Assembly (NCBI GenBank): GCA_051362555.1
Contig: CM120640.1
Coordinates: forward strand, 15,376,001 to 15,440,000
Origin: Lingula anatina
Taxonomy: Eukaryota; Animalia; Brachiopoda
Length of the DNA: 64,000 nucleotides
Reading direction: 5' to 3'
Shown: positions 1-12,085 of the stretch, in pieces
Position numbering within the stretch: position 1 is the first letter of the stretch
Layout: each line of letters opens with the position of its first letter
Program-made: the position numbers and the translations under genes
The notes under the pieces: model-generated
Told to the model about the DNA's origin: nothing
Database searches by the model: none
Seen by the model: only the letters and a program-made list of their open reading frames with translations

Positions 1-292
1 TAGCTGTATCAAATAACTGTAAAGAAAAACAACATCTTTAAAACCAGGACCATATTTACATGCAATAACTTGTGCCAGTCATTCACATGAAAAAAACAAA
101 GACGGCTATGACAACTCATTAATTAAAATGTACCATTCAAAAACTTGTGTTGTATTAATTATCATACTTACACAGTTGACAGTATCTCAGAGCATTTACT
201 AAATGCTATAAGACACTGAGAACTTTTTAAAATTTATACTCGGAAATGAAATGTTGTTATTATCTCCTTTAATTATATTGTTTTACACAAAC

Positions 293-3200
293 CTTAGCTG
301 TGCAATCCTTGGAGGCTGTTATCACCATCGTTTTGTCTTTGGAAGTCTGAATATCATTTATTTGCTTATTGTGGTCTTTGACTTGATGTACCAGATCCCC
401 AGACTAAAAAGATAGTACACAAGCATACATCACACATATAAACACACATATTCACTTAATTTACAAACATTTCACTTCAAGTTCTTCAAAGTCCCCTTGC
501 AAATAAACAAATTTTGATAATATCTGCTATCATGTTTTTTAACCTTTTGAATAAGATAATCACATTAAATCTTTTACTGCATTCTTTTACACTAAAACTT
601 AAACAAAAAATCAATAATATACACATACCTTAAAATCCCATTGTCTCAAAGCTCCATTCTCATGACCTGTGATAATAAATTCATCCAAAGGTCCCCATAT
701 AGAAGCTGTGATTTTACTGTCTCCTGCTGGCATCACCATTAGTGGATCAGCATTGGCTGAAATGAAATAATATTGAACTTCATAAAAAATGCTGTGTAAA
801 AATCAGTGTAACAATAGTGGGGGTTTGACTCTGTACGCTGGTAGGGATAAGCCATTCAATTGGTATTGTCACTATTGAAAACAAATTATACCCACAGCTG
901 GGACTTTCAATACATTCTGGAAAAGTGGATGGCATTGCGACTAGCAAATTTCCAAAGTATAAGCTCTACACCTGAAACTTGAAGACACATCTAATACTGC
1001 AGTAGGTTTATATGTATTGAAATGAAAATCTTAATTGCATATCAAGATCATGTTCACCTACTGGAGCACCTATATGTGGCAAAAGTCAGGACCATTTGTC
1101 TTTTGAAGAATGAAAAATTACCTACCTATTGAATTACTGTCCCTTAGATCATAGATGTGTATTTCTGAAGGCTGCCCCATAGTCTTGTCTGTAGTGTACA
1201 TGGCAATATTTCCACCATATGAGAAACCACAAGACCTTACTGCTGTTTTTGTTGGAAGATTACTGACAACTTTTCCTAATCAAAGATGAAAAAAGACAGA
1301 AAGATGAGTTAATACAAACGGCAAAACATTCACTTTCAATACATGCTCTAGAACCCTCACAAAGTCATGACCAATTCAAAAATAAAAAATTAACATATAA
1401 TATATACATAATGAATTATTGTGACTGAAAGATGTGTTCCACATAATCATCACAAGACATATCATTTTCTGTTAATATTCTCCCCAATTTATACTTACAA
1501 TTTTCATCATTACCATGACCAGTGTTCTTAGCTTTATAACAGTAGTCAATCTTAACAGTATATCAAGTAAAAACTGAGAATCATTAGTCTCACCTGTTTC
1601 GCAGTCCCATAGTCTACAGGAGTTATCAGCTGATCCTGTCATTACCCTTGTTGAATCCCCTGATTCTAGATTAAGGATTGCATTACTGATTAAAAGTGAA
1701 TTTATTTTACTATAACTTCAACAATATGGTCATTAAATTCCAATAAATAACAGACAAAATTCACCATTTCCAATTACTGTTGCATAGTTTTCTATATTAT
1801 GGATCAACTTTCTTCTTTAAAAAATAAAGTGAGCCACCAAAACTTTAAACTAATGATAGCAATTATTGTTTTAAATAAGTCAAACTCAGTGGTCAAGCAA
1901 GGATACAGGTCACGTCCACACACCAAATGGCACCATTGTGCCCATTAAATGTGCCCAGTCTTTCTCCATTTAAAGAATACCACACATTGGGGATGTTGTC
2001 TTTAGAACATGAAAACAACAAATCTCCTTCCCTGTTGTACTTGATCTGTGTGATGGAACGCTCATGCCCTTGAAGCAATATAGGCCTCTGAAAATATAAT
2101 TGTAAGCACTTTATGATTCAAATACCTTTGCACTTGCTATATATTAATCTAATGTGCTAAAGCTATGTATCATTATAAACCATTTTACATCTTCCTTGTA
2201 AGTCATGTGTGTCAGTACTCAAAATAGCAAAATCAATCGTTTACTACTAAAATTAAATAAAAAGCTCCTATTCACTTCCCTGGACTCAGAAATATAATGG
2301 CCAACAACCTTCAGATCTCCAAAGACGTTCATAGTATGAGCATTGAATACTTTTTAAAATTTAATACTTTTAGTATGATTTTAATTATGGGCACATTTGG
2401 GATGAAGGGGGCCAAGATATGTAGTTATTTCCAGTCTCCATGTACATTTTATGTAGAAGATTTTTTTACACATAAAAATGTCAGGCCTCAACAACTTACT
2501 GTATCTTAATCAACATAATTTTAATTTGGAAAATCAATTAACCTCTGGTGCAGATGAAACTTTTACCTCAACTTGCTACTGGTAAGGTATTTCAAATATA
2601 TTTCTGAGATACAGAGTAATTAATTATTTATCAAAAGAGGTATGATAATTCAATGGCGCAAGATGCAGGACATGTTCCCCTGAGATAACCTTATCCAACT
2701 GATAAGATGGCATGAGTCAGTTGTTCTCAGGAGTACCATTCTGTGTCATGCATAACTGATTTTCAAGTCTATTTTAATCTGAGATTTGTAGTGTAATCAG
2801 AAGAATTTTGTTTTATAGCTGCACTATGAGAATATTAAAGGGCTACTTGCAGCCTATGTCAATGATTTTTCATCAGCATGATTACAAACAGCGGTAGGAA
2901 ACGGTCCTACGAAAATACGAAAACCGCGAAAACCGCGAAAACCAGAAGTTGCTAGGCGAAAACCACACTATAACTTACCAATTCTCGATGTTCTCGACAA
3001 ATTGCTGTAATATTTGGATAACTTGGACCATATTACATACATCATGACCTTTGATAACGATGTTGTAATGAATTGAGTATGTTACAGCTGAGTTTTCTAG
3101 ATCGGCAACTATAGTGCGTGGGAGCCATGTTTGGTTTACAATTGGCATATATAAACAGCAGTGTCCCCTCAGGCCAGTATTGCCATATCAGGCCAGTATT

Positions 3201-6200
3201 GCCCTCTCATGCCAGTAATGCTCTCTCAGGCATATGAATGTGGATAACAGCACAATATTTTCTGCTTACTTAATACATACATATAAGAAACTAACAAACA
3301 TTTATCAAGTAACATTTACAACATTGTGCCAACTTTAAGTTAATTAATGCTTTATTTGTGAATGTGTTATTTGTGCATGAGAAAAATTCCTTCTAACTGT
3401 ACATGAAGTTGTAAGAACTTTGTATTTGCATTAAACTTTATAAAAGAAATATTGAATCATTAAATGTTTTTCATCATAAAAAAGTTGTTTTTGTTTGTTC
3501 AAATCATGTTAAAATAAAGGCTCTCTACATACCAAATTCCATTTTACCAAAACAGTTATCAATACATATTTAGTCAATTTGTGCACTGGTAATTTATTTT
3601 TTAAGAAAAGGGACTAAATTAAGTCTTATTCTGAGACAACTACAGTGCATTGTTAATACTGACCCGTGGACTTGCGTGCTTTTTATTTTTAATGCATGGA
3701 TTGTAGTATATTTTATATTAATAACAGTTTTATCAAAGAACTTGTAGGTTCATTTGACATTACACTCATTAGGATCTGGTTTACATTAATGGTATGCTTC
3801 TGTGGCTCTGTGCCCTCAGGTAAGTGCTAAATCAATAATGATCAAGAAATGATCAAGACTTAACTAGTTACAGCTGCAGTCTTAGCTGTCACTAATTAAG
3901 TCCATCTAGCTGTCAGTGTCAACAAATTTAAGTTCACTGCTACTTATTTTCCATTTGTTTGTGAAAAGTATGCAATCATAATGACCATCAGTTAATTAAA
4001 AATCCCATAGGTGTTGAATTTCCAGAATACACAGACTGTATGTTTTTTTCCTTTAAGAATTCTACCCAAATGTGTGCTTGGCCTTCTGGCTGTTTTATGA
4101 TATTAGAATATATGATGAATATGCATTTTTAGATGCATCTTTAACTCGGTGAAATAAGTATTTATAATGTGTGTCTCAAAATATACTTTTCCGTTTGTTA
4201 GCTTGTTAACTTGTTTGTGTGAAAGAAATCCCAGGTCTTCACAAAATTTGAACCATTTTACCACACCAAATTTAATATATGCAATTCAGTCATTTCTTTT
4301 ACACCTGCGGATAACAGTTAGCTATTGTCAACTTAACCCTCTTAACCACAATACTTATTGGACTGATTCAATCATAACATCTAAACAATGACATGAATTC
4401 AGTAGGTAGTAAATCCCAATGGTAATCAGAAAGATACAAAAATTCTTTTAAGAAAACGCAATTTGTGCTGTGTATGAGGTATGCATTTGGGACTAGCGAG
4501 TTCTGAGAATAAACACATCCAAATCGTTCAATGCATTTGTCTGAAGTTTTTTATTTTGGCCTTAGAACATGTTACATATGAATAAGTATGGGTGCTCTGT
4601 AAAGCGCAACACAATCTATGACCTTAATTAAATATGTAGATTCATAATAATTTGTCTAAGTATTCTGATTATAGTTTTATCAGGGTTTAAACCCATTTAT
4701 GATTGCTAAAGCATTTAGAACTAAAGTAACATTTGTTTTTGACCTAGAATAATGTCCCCTTTCAAAAGTAGTTCAAATAATATGGGAGCTATATGCTATT
4801 GCCAAAGCATAATTCTTATTTGGCCAGATATTTAAAGGAATAAAGTTTTAGAGGAGAATTAATACGGTAGAGAGCTGACAATTTTACAAATATAGGCCTC
4901 ATTCAGAATAGTGGACTAATGATCTGTTTCAAAATTGTTACCTTCCTTTCCCAATATATTATACACCATTGAGAAATGCATTGGTTAAGAACTTATAATA
5001 CTTATAAAGTACAAAGTGTACACAATAGTTTATTAATAATGGCAACTAGAAAAGCACTAAGAGACCGCAGACCTCCACTAAGGCAGCAGAGTGTCCATCC
5101 AATGCCATTTCACTCCTAAATTTTCATTCTATAATGATTTAGTTTTTTATTATTGATTGATTATTGATCCAGTTCACCACCAAAAACTAATCACTTCTAA
5201 GTTAACCCATTTCTGACCTACTCTGAAAATGCCATCGAAATATATCCATAACTTTTTAGTTATGATGATGACAAACAAACAAACAAACAAACAAACAGGG
5301 GTGATAAAACATAGCCTCCTTGGCAGAGGTAATGATATTCTTTACAAGAAAACTAACACTTTTTGATAATAATATAATAATAATATATTTATTTCAAGTC
5401 TAAAATCCATAAAATGTTCAATAGACTGTACAACATAAAATACAAAGAAGTTTATAGATAAAAATGGTTAAGATATATTTTATATAAATAAGAGCTAAAG
5501 TAACTTAATTGTAATAAACAGTAATTAAAAGTAAAAAATCCAAGGTTTCTTTAAAATTGTAAAATTTAAGATTCATGAATAAAATGTCTTAAAAATATGA
5601 GTTTTTAATTCCTTTTTAAAAGATTCTTGTGATTCTATTTGTCTAATAAAAATTGGCAACTTATTCCACTCTACTGGTGCAGCTACACAAAATGATATGT
5701 CACCATATGATTTTAACCTTGATTTTGGAACTTTCAGTAAAAGTTTGTCACCGGACCTCAGGGATCTTTGAGGGCTATAATGTTTTATTATTTTATTTCA
5801 TATTCCTTTTATTATACCAAGCAGAATGCAAGCCCAAGGACTCTGTTTGGTATATTACATGCTTTAAAATATATGGCAAATGAAATATACAAGCACACAC
5901 TATTATTTACTATTGATCAACTTCCTGGCAAATAAGAACTGTCAACAGTCCCTTGATATTACAGCATGCCAATAATCAGCAAATAGTGGAAAATACCAAG
6001 GTGTTAACATGTTATGGACTATCTTGATATACATAACTTCATTTGCTTTTTGGCAATCTTCAACAAAACACATGCAGGGTGCTTCAAACTGATAAAAACT
6101 TACCATACAAAAAGTTGAAGTGTTAAAACACAGCACAGACACAGAAATGATGAAATAGATATGGAATTGAAAGATAATCATATCATATCAATTAGGAAAT

Positions 6201-7784
6201 TAGATGTGCACTGCCTAAAACTCTAGGAGTAAACTATTTATTATGTCAATCACATAACATCATTCAGTTGTAATCTGTTATATCTCCTTTCAAGAGAAAA
6301 TGCCTCCTGCAAATCAGAGTACCAGTACATGTGTTTAATGTGTGTTCCTTTTTCCTTTTTTTTCTCTATTATTGTGCATATAATATATATGCATGATTAA
6401 CTGACTATTGACATTTTTTCAGAGTTAAAAGAGCTTATCTCTGTATACTGGCACATACACAGAACCCAAATGTAAAAACAATTAAACACATTGATTTGAA
6501 GGTAAAATGTGTATTAGACACCTTAGGATACACATATATACAATCTACATTGTATAAATTAATTGATGCTTTAGAAATGGATTTGGTTTATTAAGTGGAA
6601 AACAATTAGTGTAACAAATGGCTGTGCATGAATATCTTTTCAAAAAGAGTAAGATAAAATGTGATTAAATAACAAAATCAGTGGCCATGGATCAAGTTCA
6701 GAGGAAAAAATGTTTTAATAAAAATAATTTAATTGTATTCACCATTATTATATATATTGAATATTATCAATTATGTTAATTAGAACCTACATTTTCATAA
6801 TGCTTTATAAATTGCTCTATGCTGGTCACTTTATTAAACAATGCTACTCATTTTATATTTGGAAAAGTAGGAGTGTAAATTCTATGCAGGTTCAAAGCTC
6901 ATACAATATAGACTCTACATGTGTGGTGTATTAAAATGGGCACTTTTTACAAGCATTGATGTGTAGTTTCACTTCTGGTTGGAATGAAAAAAAAAGTTCT
7001 ACTTTGTGCATATTTATTAAATCCTATTTATTAATAAACTTTGCATTACTAAGAATGCAGGTAATCTGTGTTATCCACTTCATATAGTACTTGAGAGAGT
7101 ATTACTTGCCTGGAAAAGCATTACTAACCTGAGAGGGCAATACTGGCCTGATATGGCAATACTGGCCTGAGGGGACACTGCTGTTTATATATGCCAATTG
7201 TAAACCAAACATGGCTCCCACGCACTATGGTTGCCGATCTAGAAAACTCAGCTGTAACATACTCAATTCATTACAACATCGTTATCAAAGGTCATGATGT
7301 ATGTAATGTGGTCCAAGTTATCCAAATATTACAGCAACTTGTCAAGAACATCGAGAATTGGTAAGTTATAGTGAGGTTTTCGCCTAGCAACTTCTGGTTT
7401 TCGCGGTTTTCGCAGTTTTCGTATTTTCGTAGGACCCGTAGGAAACGTATGGAACTGTCAGAAGCAATTAACTTGGACGATTATGTGACCTGTTCGGCCT
7501 TACAACTGACATAAAAACGTAAATTTAAGCATGAAATAATTATGCTAGATTTAAAACCATGGAAACACGACGTCCCTGACCACAGAAACGCTATTTTAAT
7601 TATTAAATATAAGTAAATTTAGTATTTACACGTGAGCATGTCTTCAGAGATACGCACCATATGATAATAAATCTTTGTCATTTAAGGCATAATACAGCGT
7701 GAACAAAGCTTCAAATAACAAATTATGTTACACAGAAAATAAAAGCGTAAGCCACACACCATTTCTATCCACAACACCTACCAT
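293..7784 (-). CDS. EIF3I: Eukaryotic translation initiation factor 3 subunit I (WD40), 3'-partial; continues beyond the window start
   Basis: Exons (minus): 7782-7784 (ATG only, then GTAGG), 1907-2087, 1594-1659, 1126-1275, 629-756, 293-403. Spliced product [31 protein letters not shown]...[30 protein letters not shown]...[10 protein letters not shown] matches eIF3i/TRIP-1. All intron phases are compatible. Confidence 0.97.
1660..1906 (-). other. U12-type (minor spliceosome) GT-AG intron, eIF3i intron 2
   Basis: Donor GTATCCTTG (1906-1898). Branch-site TCCTTAAT (1677-1670) lies about 10 nt from the CAG acceptor, with no polypyrimidine tract. Confidence 0.9.
5044..5333 (-). mobile_element. 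Helentron-associated (HINE/DINE-1/Pearl-like) non-autonomous element, family A copy 1
   Basis: On minus it starts ATTACCTCTGCCAAGGAGG, has a (TTTG)n microsatellite and a 3' subterminal inverted repeat, and ends CTAGTT. Homologous to copies at 10848 and 11647. Confidence 0.75.
5365..5745 (-). mobile_element. 5'-truncated CR1/L2-type LINE, 3' end
   Basis: Minus-strand translation [28 protein letters not shown] / (frameshift) ...[13 protein letters not shown] is the typical CR1/L2 ORF2 C-terminus. It is followed by an AT-rich 3' UTR and an (ATT)n-like tail. Confidence 0.75.
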
Positions 7785-8030
7785 TTTTAAGTTTTTACTG
7801 TGATTTTCCCGGTTTCTTTACAATCAAGCATGTACAGCCGGAAAGACACACAGACACACATTAATGCGCACGCGCAGTAAAAATGTCTGCGTCCCTACGC
7901 TGTAGCAGCCGACTACATAAACGATGAATATCGCATGAGTTAAGCAAAGTTGAACATGGGATTTTTTTTTTTCAATTTATAGAGTAGATATCGATGGATA
8001 TAGTCATTTGCTTACTGGCTGTTATACACC
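7785..8030. promoter_or_regulatory. Bidirectional promoter between eIF3i and TMEM234
   Basis: 246 bp between divergent ATGs. NRF1-like TGCGCACGCGCA at 7865-7876, ETS-like CCGGAA near 7838, DRE-like TATCGAT near 7989. Confidence 0.7.
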
Positions 8031-9651
8031 ATGACAAGTGTTGGTAGGTCGTCAAATGTCAAATCCAACATTATATTTCGCTGACTCCATCAGTTCATAA
8101 TCATCAAGTTCATATACCTGGGCTACATATGTTTATTGAATTAGGTCCTCCTAGGAAACATATGAATACTTATTATAAATTATCAATTGTGACATCATAT
8201 ACAAGTAATAGTATTTATTAGAATCCCGAGTAAAAGTATGGACTACATGTAGTTTGCAGTTTACTGTAAATAATGTAATAGTAATACAGTTTGAATGTTC
8301 AAAGCCATTTCATTTCACATTTTAAATATATATACAAAGCTTCAGTTTATCCATGTAGGCGGTAAATATTGCAAAGAAAGAAAAAATTGTCTTAAATTTA
8401 ATTTTATATCTAGTGCTTTGATGTGTATAACATGGGCTTTCTGTTTCAGCCAATGCAGTCTGGTTGACTTTTGTTGCATTTTTATGGGGAGCTACCAACC
8501 CATTTATTAAACGGGGCAGTGCAGGAATTGAAAAAATCAAGAGAAAAAATGCAGCTCTTCAGTTCCTTGCTGAAATAAAATTTCTAGTATGCAGCTGGAA
8601 AGTATGTATGTCATGGAAAAAGTTCTATGAATTTCCGACAAATTAGTAATGACAGTTTTACGATGTGCATGCGTACTGTATATGTAGTGAAAACAAGTGA
8701 GATGTACCCGGTATTGATCATGTCCATGTTTAAGAAAGCACAAGGAGACTGAGTCTGCTAAAGTACTGAGTAAAAAAGTGAATGGATTTTCTTTACTTGC
8801 TGATAGTAATATTTTATTCTATTTCAGTACATGGTTCCCTTTTTGATTAACCAGAGTGGATCCGTGGTATACTATCTAACATTAGCATCTGCAGGCATGT
8901 ATATACATACTGGTTATTCTGTAATGGCACAAGTTCTTACTTAAGTACAGTGAACAAATTTCATGAAAATATTTTATTTAAGTTGAAATGAAAAAAGGAC
9001 CAAAAAAAAAAGGTTAAGAACAATAACCCCAACTTCTGGTGGAACATATTCAAAAGATGTCCTCACCCAAAGTCAGTAATTGTATGATATGTATGTTGTG
9101 AACTCGTTAATGAAAGAGATAAGCTATTCATACAATTGCAAAGACAGTAGAAACTTGGAAGGCACTTGGATGAGTTTTGTGACTGTATTACCGTGACAAA
9201 TTTGTCATCATTTGGCAGATCCACATGGCCCACTGTTGTCACCTTTTTTCAAGTTTTTAATGAAATATTCTTTAGTTATTATTGTATTTTTTTTCTTTCC
9301 AGATTTGTCACAAGCTGTCCCCATTACAAATTCATTAACATTCTTGTTTACAACATTATCGGGAACATTCCTAGGAGAGAAAGTTGGAGGGAAAGGTAGT
9401 GGTGCATTACTTCCATTGTTAATTTTATAAACCTTTTAGTTGTTTTCACTTTTATATGTCTTTAAATTTTATGTTTTTTCAGTTATGTTTGCCTTTGAGA
9501 TTCAGAGAAATGCACACTTACAGCAACTGAGCATTGGTTTTTGCATTTTTATTTATTTTTTATTTTATCATTTCTTTTTACAGAGACCTACCTAGGAATG
9601 CTGCTGGTGATTTTAGGAGTCAGTCTCTGTGTAATGGACAAAGCTTCTTGA
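8031..9651 (+). CDS. TMEM234: Transmembrane protein 234 (small DMT/EamA-like membrane protein)
   Basis: Exons 8031-8043, 8450-8601, 8828-8894, 9303-9395, 9584-9651. Product contains [55 protein letters not shown] and TYLGMLLVILGVSLCV. Intron 3 needs a GC donor. Confidence 0.95.
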
Positions 9652-10847
9652 AGCCTGTTTGGATATGGTCTCAGTCCTACTGAATGATTTTCCTCATTCA
9701 AGTTGCAAACTGTTGCCCTACTGTAAATGTGCCGATGGCAGTGTGGGTGTGGAGTATTTTTGTTTTAAGGCACTAGTAATTAACAGTGCTCAACATGTAA
9801 AATAGATGTTTTCTTATCAGTATTTAAAAATGTATGCATAGATCACAGTATCATTTTACTTGGTGACTGTATTATATTGGTAATATATGTCCTTTTTACA
9901 AATGTACTTACATGTACTTAGGAGTTACGTCTTAAATCAAATGTTTCAAAGGGTATCTATACATATAAGTTGATGTGCATTCCAACTTGTGTCAGTATTA
10001 TATATCATGTTTTGACAGAGCTGAAGTAAAAAATTAAAATACTTTAGAAATGGAGACATTGGTGCCAAGGATGTATTTGTTAGATTGGATTGGCACTTGA
10101 AGTGGCTGGTGAATCTTTTGTTGGACTGAGGAGCAGTCTTATTAGGATGCATTATGTGAAGTAAAAACAAAAATGGCCCAGACAAGAACATATTTCTCAT
10201 GTTGAACTAAAAAAGACACACACTTTATTGCCATTTTTGAGTTCTTAGTTACTGAATTTTGGTCACCCTTGTAACAATGCTGAAGATGGAAACTGGGGAA
10301 ATTTTTTTAATTAAAAAATTGGTTCATAAGTTGAATTTTTCTCAGCATATTTTGATAGTATAAACACTAACAATTGAAGAAAGATGTTAAAATTTCCAAA
10401 ATATTTTTATAAAATTATTCATTTAAAGATCTTAAATAAACTCTATGCTTCTATAGCCATACATAACTTAAGGACATCGCTTAACATTATTTTTAGAGTC
10501 ATACAAGTTAAATGACCTCTGAGAAAAGACATTATGCATTCTGACGTATTTCTAGAATTGGAGCATACACTATCTTTTAACATGTAAAGCACTGTATCTT
10601 GAACTCTTTCTCTCAGTCATGTTTGACTGATCAGTTGCAAATGAGAAACCACATAATCTGTGATAAAATAAGGTCCAGCACCCATTTACTGGGTTAACTG
10701 AATACAGTATGAGTGCTCATGTTTTATTGTTATACAACATTTAAGTCCTCTTTTTTATATACTTCAGGGAAATGCATCAATAAATGTTAGTTTACAATAT
10801 CAAATTGTCTTAATTTTTACGAAAATGATAAGAAAAGTGCATTTCAG

Positions 10848-11065
10848 AACTAGAAAAGCACTCGGATAGCGCAGACCTCCGCCAAGGCAGCAAAGTCTCC
10901 ATCCAATGCTGTTTCACCCCTGTTCTGGATCACCACCAAAAACTTATCATCTGTTCCTTGGCCCACTGAAAATTTAATCAAAATCGGTCCATAACTTTTT
11001 GAGTTATGTTGATGACAGACAAACAAACAAACGAGTGAAAACATAACCTTTTTGGCGGAGGTAAT
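10848..11065 (-). mobile_element. HINE-like element, family A copy 2
   Basis: ACTAGAAAAGCACTCGGATAGCGCAGACCTCCGCCAAGG ... ACAAACAAAC ... TTGGCGGAGGTAAT; same termini as 5044-5333. Confidence 0.75.
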
Positions 11066-11646
11066 AATTAAACACATTCTTTACAAGTCATGCATTAACA
11101 TTTAAAAGCATGTTACCAAACTATTTTGGAATGAGTAATATTCACCAGTTGTAACAGGTTTGCATCTACTACACATTCATATATATGAGAACGAGTATTT
11201 CTTGTTACCTGAAAAACAAATGCCATCCACCATTGGCAAGAGAAAACGACAAGTACCTGGCCGCAAAATATTATAAACCGGTTGCATAAAAATGGTTCCT
11301 GAAATTTATCAGAGTGACAATGTGCTTGTGTATAGGTTTAGATGCGTGCAGTAAGATTGTTATTTTATTCCTAAATCCAGGTTGTGGCAAAGAGCATTTC
11401 AGGAGAACATGTTATCACTCAGTTCATGACAATGGAATGTTTGTGTGTTTATTTTGCAGAAGGTATAGTTAGGTCTTCTATTATGAGTAATTTAAGAGAA
11501 GTTTATACAGCCCAACCAGATATAAAATATGACCACCTTTATCCTTTGTGTAACTGAACTACCCAGTGATGTGGATTCGTTTTGCAAAGATTTTTAGTGC
11601 CAGCTGTATTATTTTAATGTAAATACTGGCTGTTAGTTGGTAATTT

Positions 11647-12085
11647 TTACCTCTGTCAAGGAGGCTATGTTTTGCTTGCCATTAATGGGTTTGTTTGTTT
11701 ATTTGGGGAGAGCATTACACAAAAGTTATGGACAAGTTTTGATGAAATTTTCAGGAAAGGGCACAAATGGGCCAAGGAAGAAGTGATTAGATTTTGGCAA
11801 TGATACATTGATTGATTAATAAATTAACTATGCACAATTTTGATGAAATTTTTGAGATACATGTAGGTCAGAAATGGGCCAAGGAAGAAATTATTAGATT
11901 TTGGCAATGATCCATTAATTAATTAATTGATTAATTAACAAATCAGTTACTTTATTTATTTTATGGATAAATCACAAATGGACCAAGGAAGAGTGGTGAT
12001 GAATAATAAATTAAGTAACAGTTGATTATGACTTAATTATTTGTCTTGACAGAGGTGGGGTGCACTCCCTGAGTGCTTTTCTAGT
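11647..12085 (+). mobile_element. HINE-like element, family A copy 3, with internal ~110-bp repeats
   Basis: TTACCTCTGTCAAGGAGG start, TTTG microsatellite, three AAATGGGCCAAGGAAG-containing repeats, end GAGTGCTTTTCTAGTT. Confidence 0.75.

Larger units (their letters stand above)
2903..7437. mobile_element. Non-autonomous long-TIR DNA transposon (Mutator/foldback-like), about 4.5 kb, in eIF3i intron 1
   Basis: Near-identical ~305-bp terminal inverted repeats (2903-~3208 and ~7130-7436). 9-bp direct repeat GTAGGAAAC at 2894-2902 and 7438-7446. No transposase ORF inside. Confidence 0.9.
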
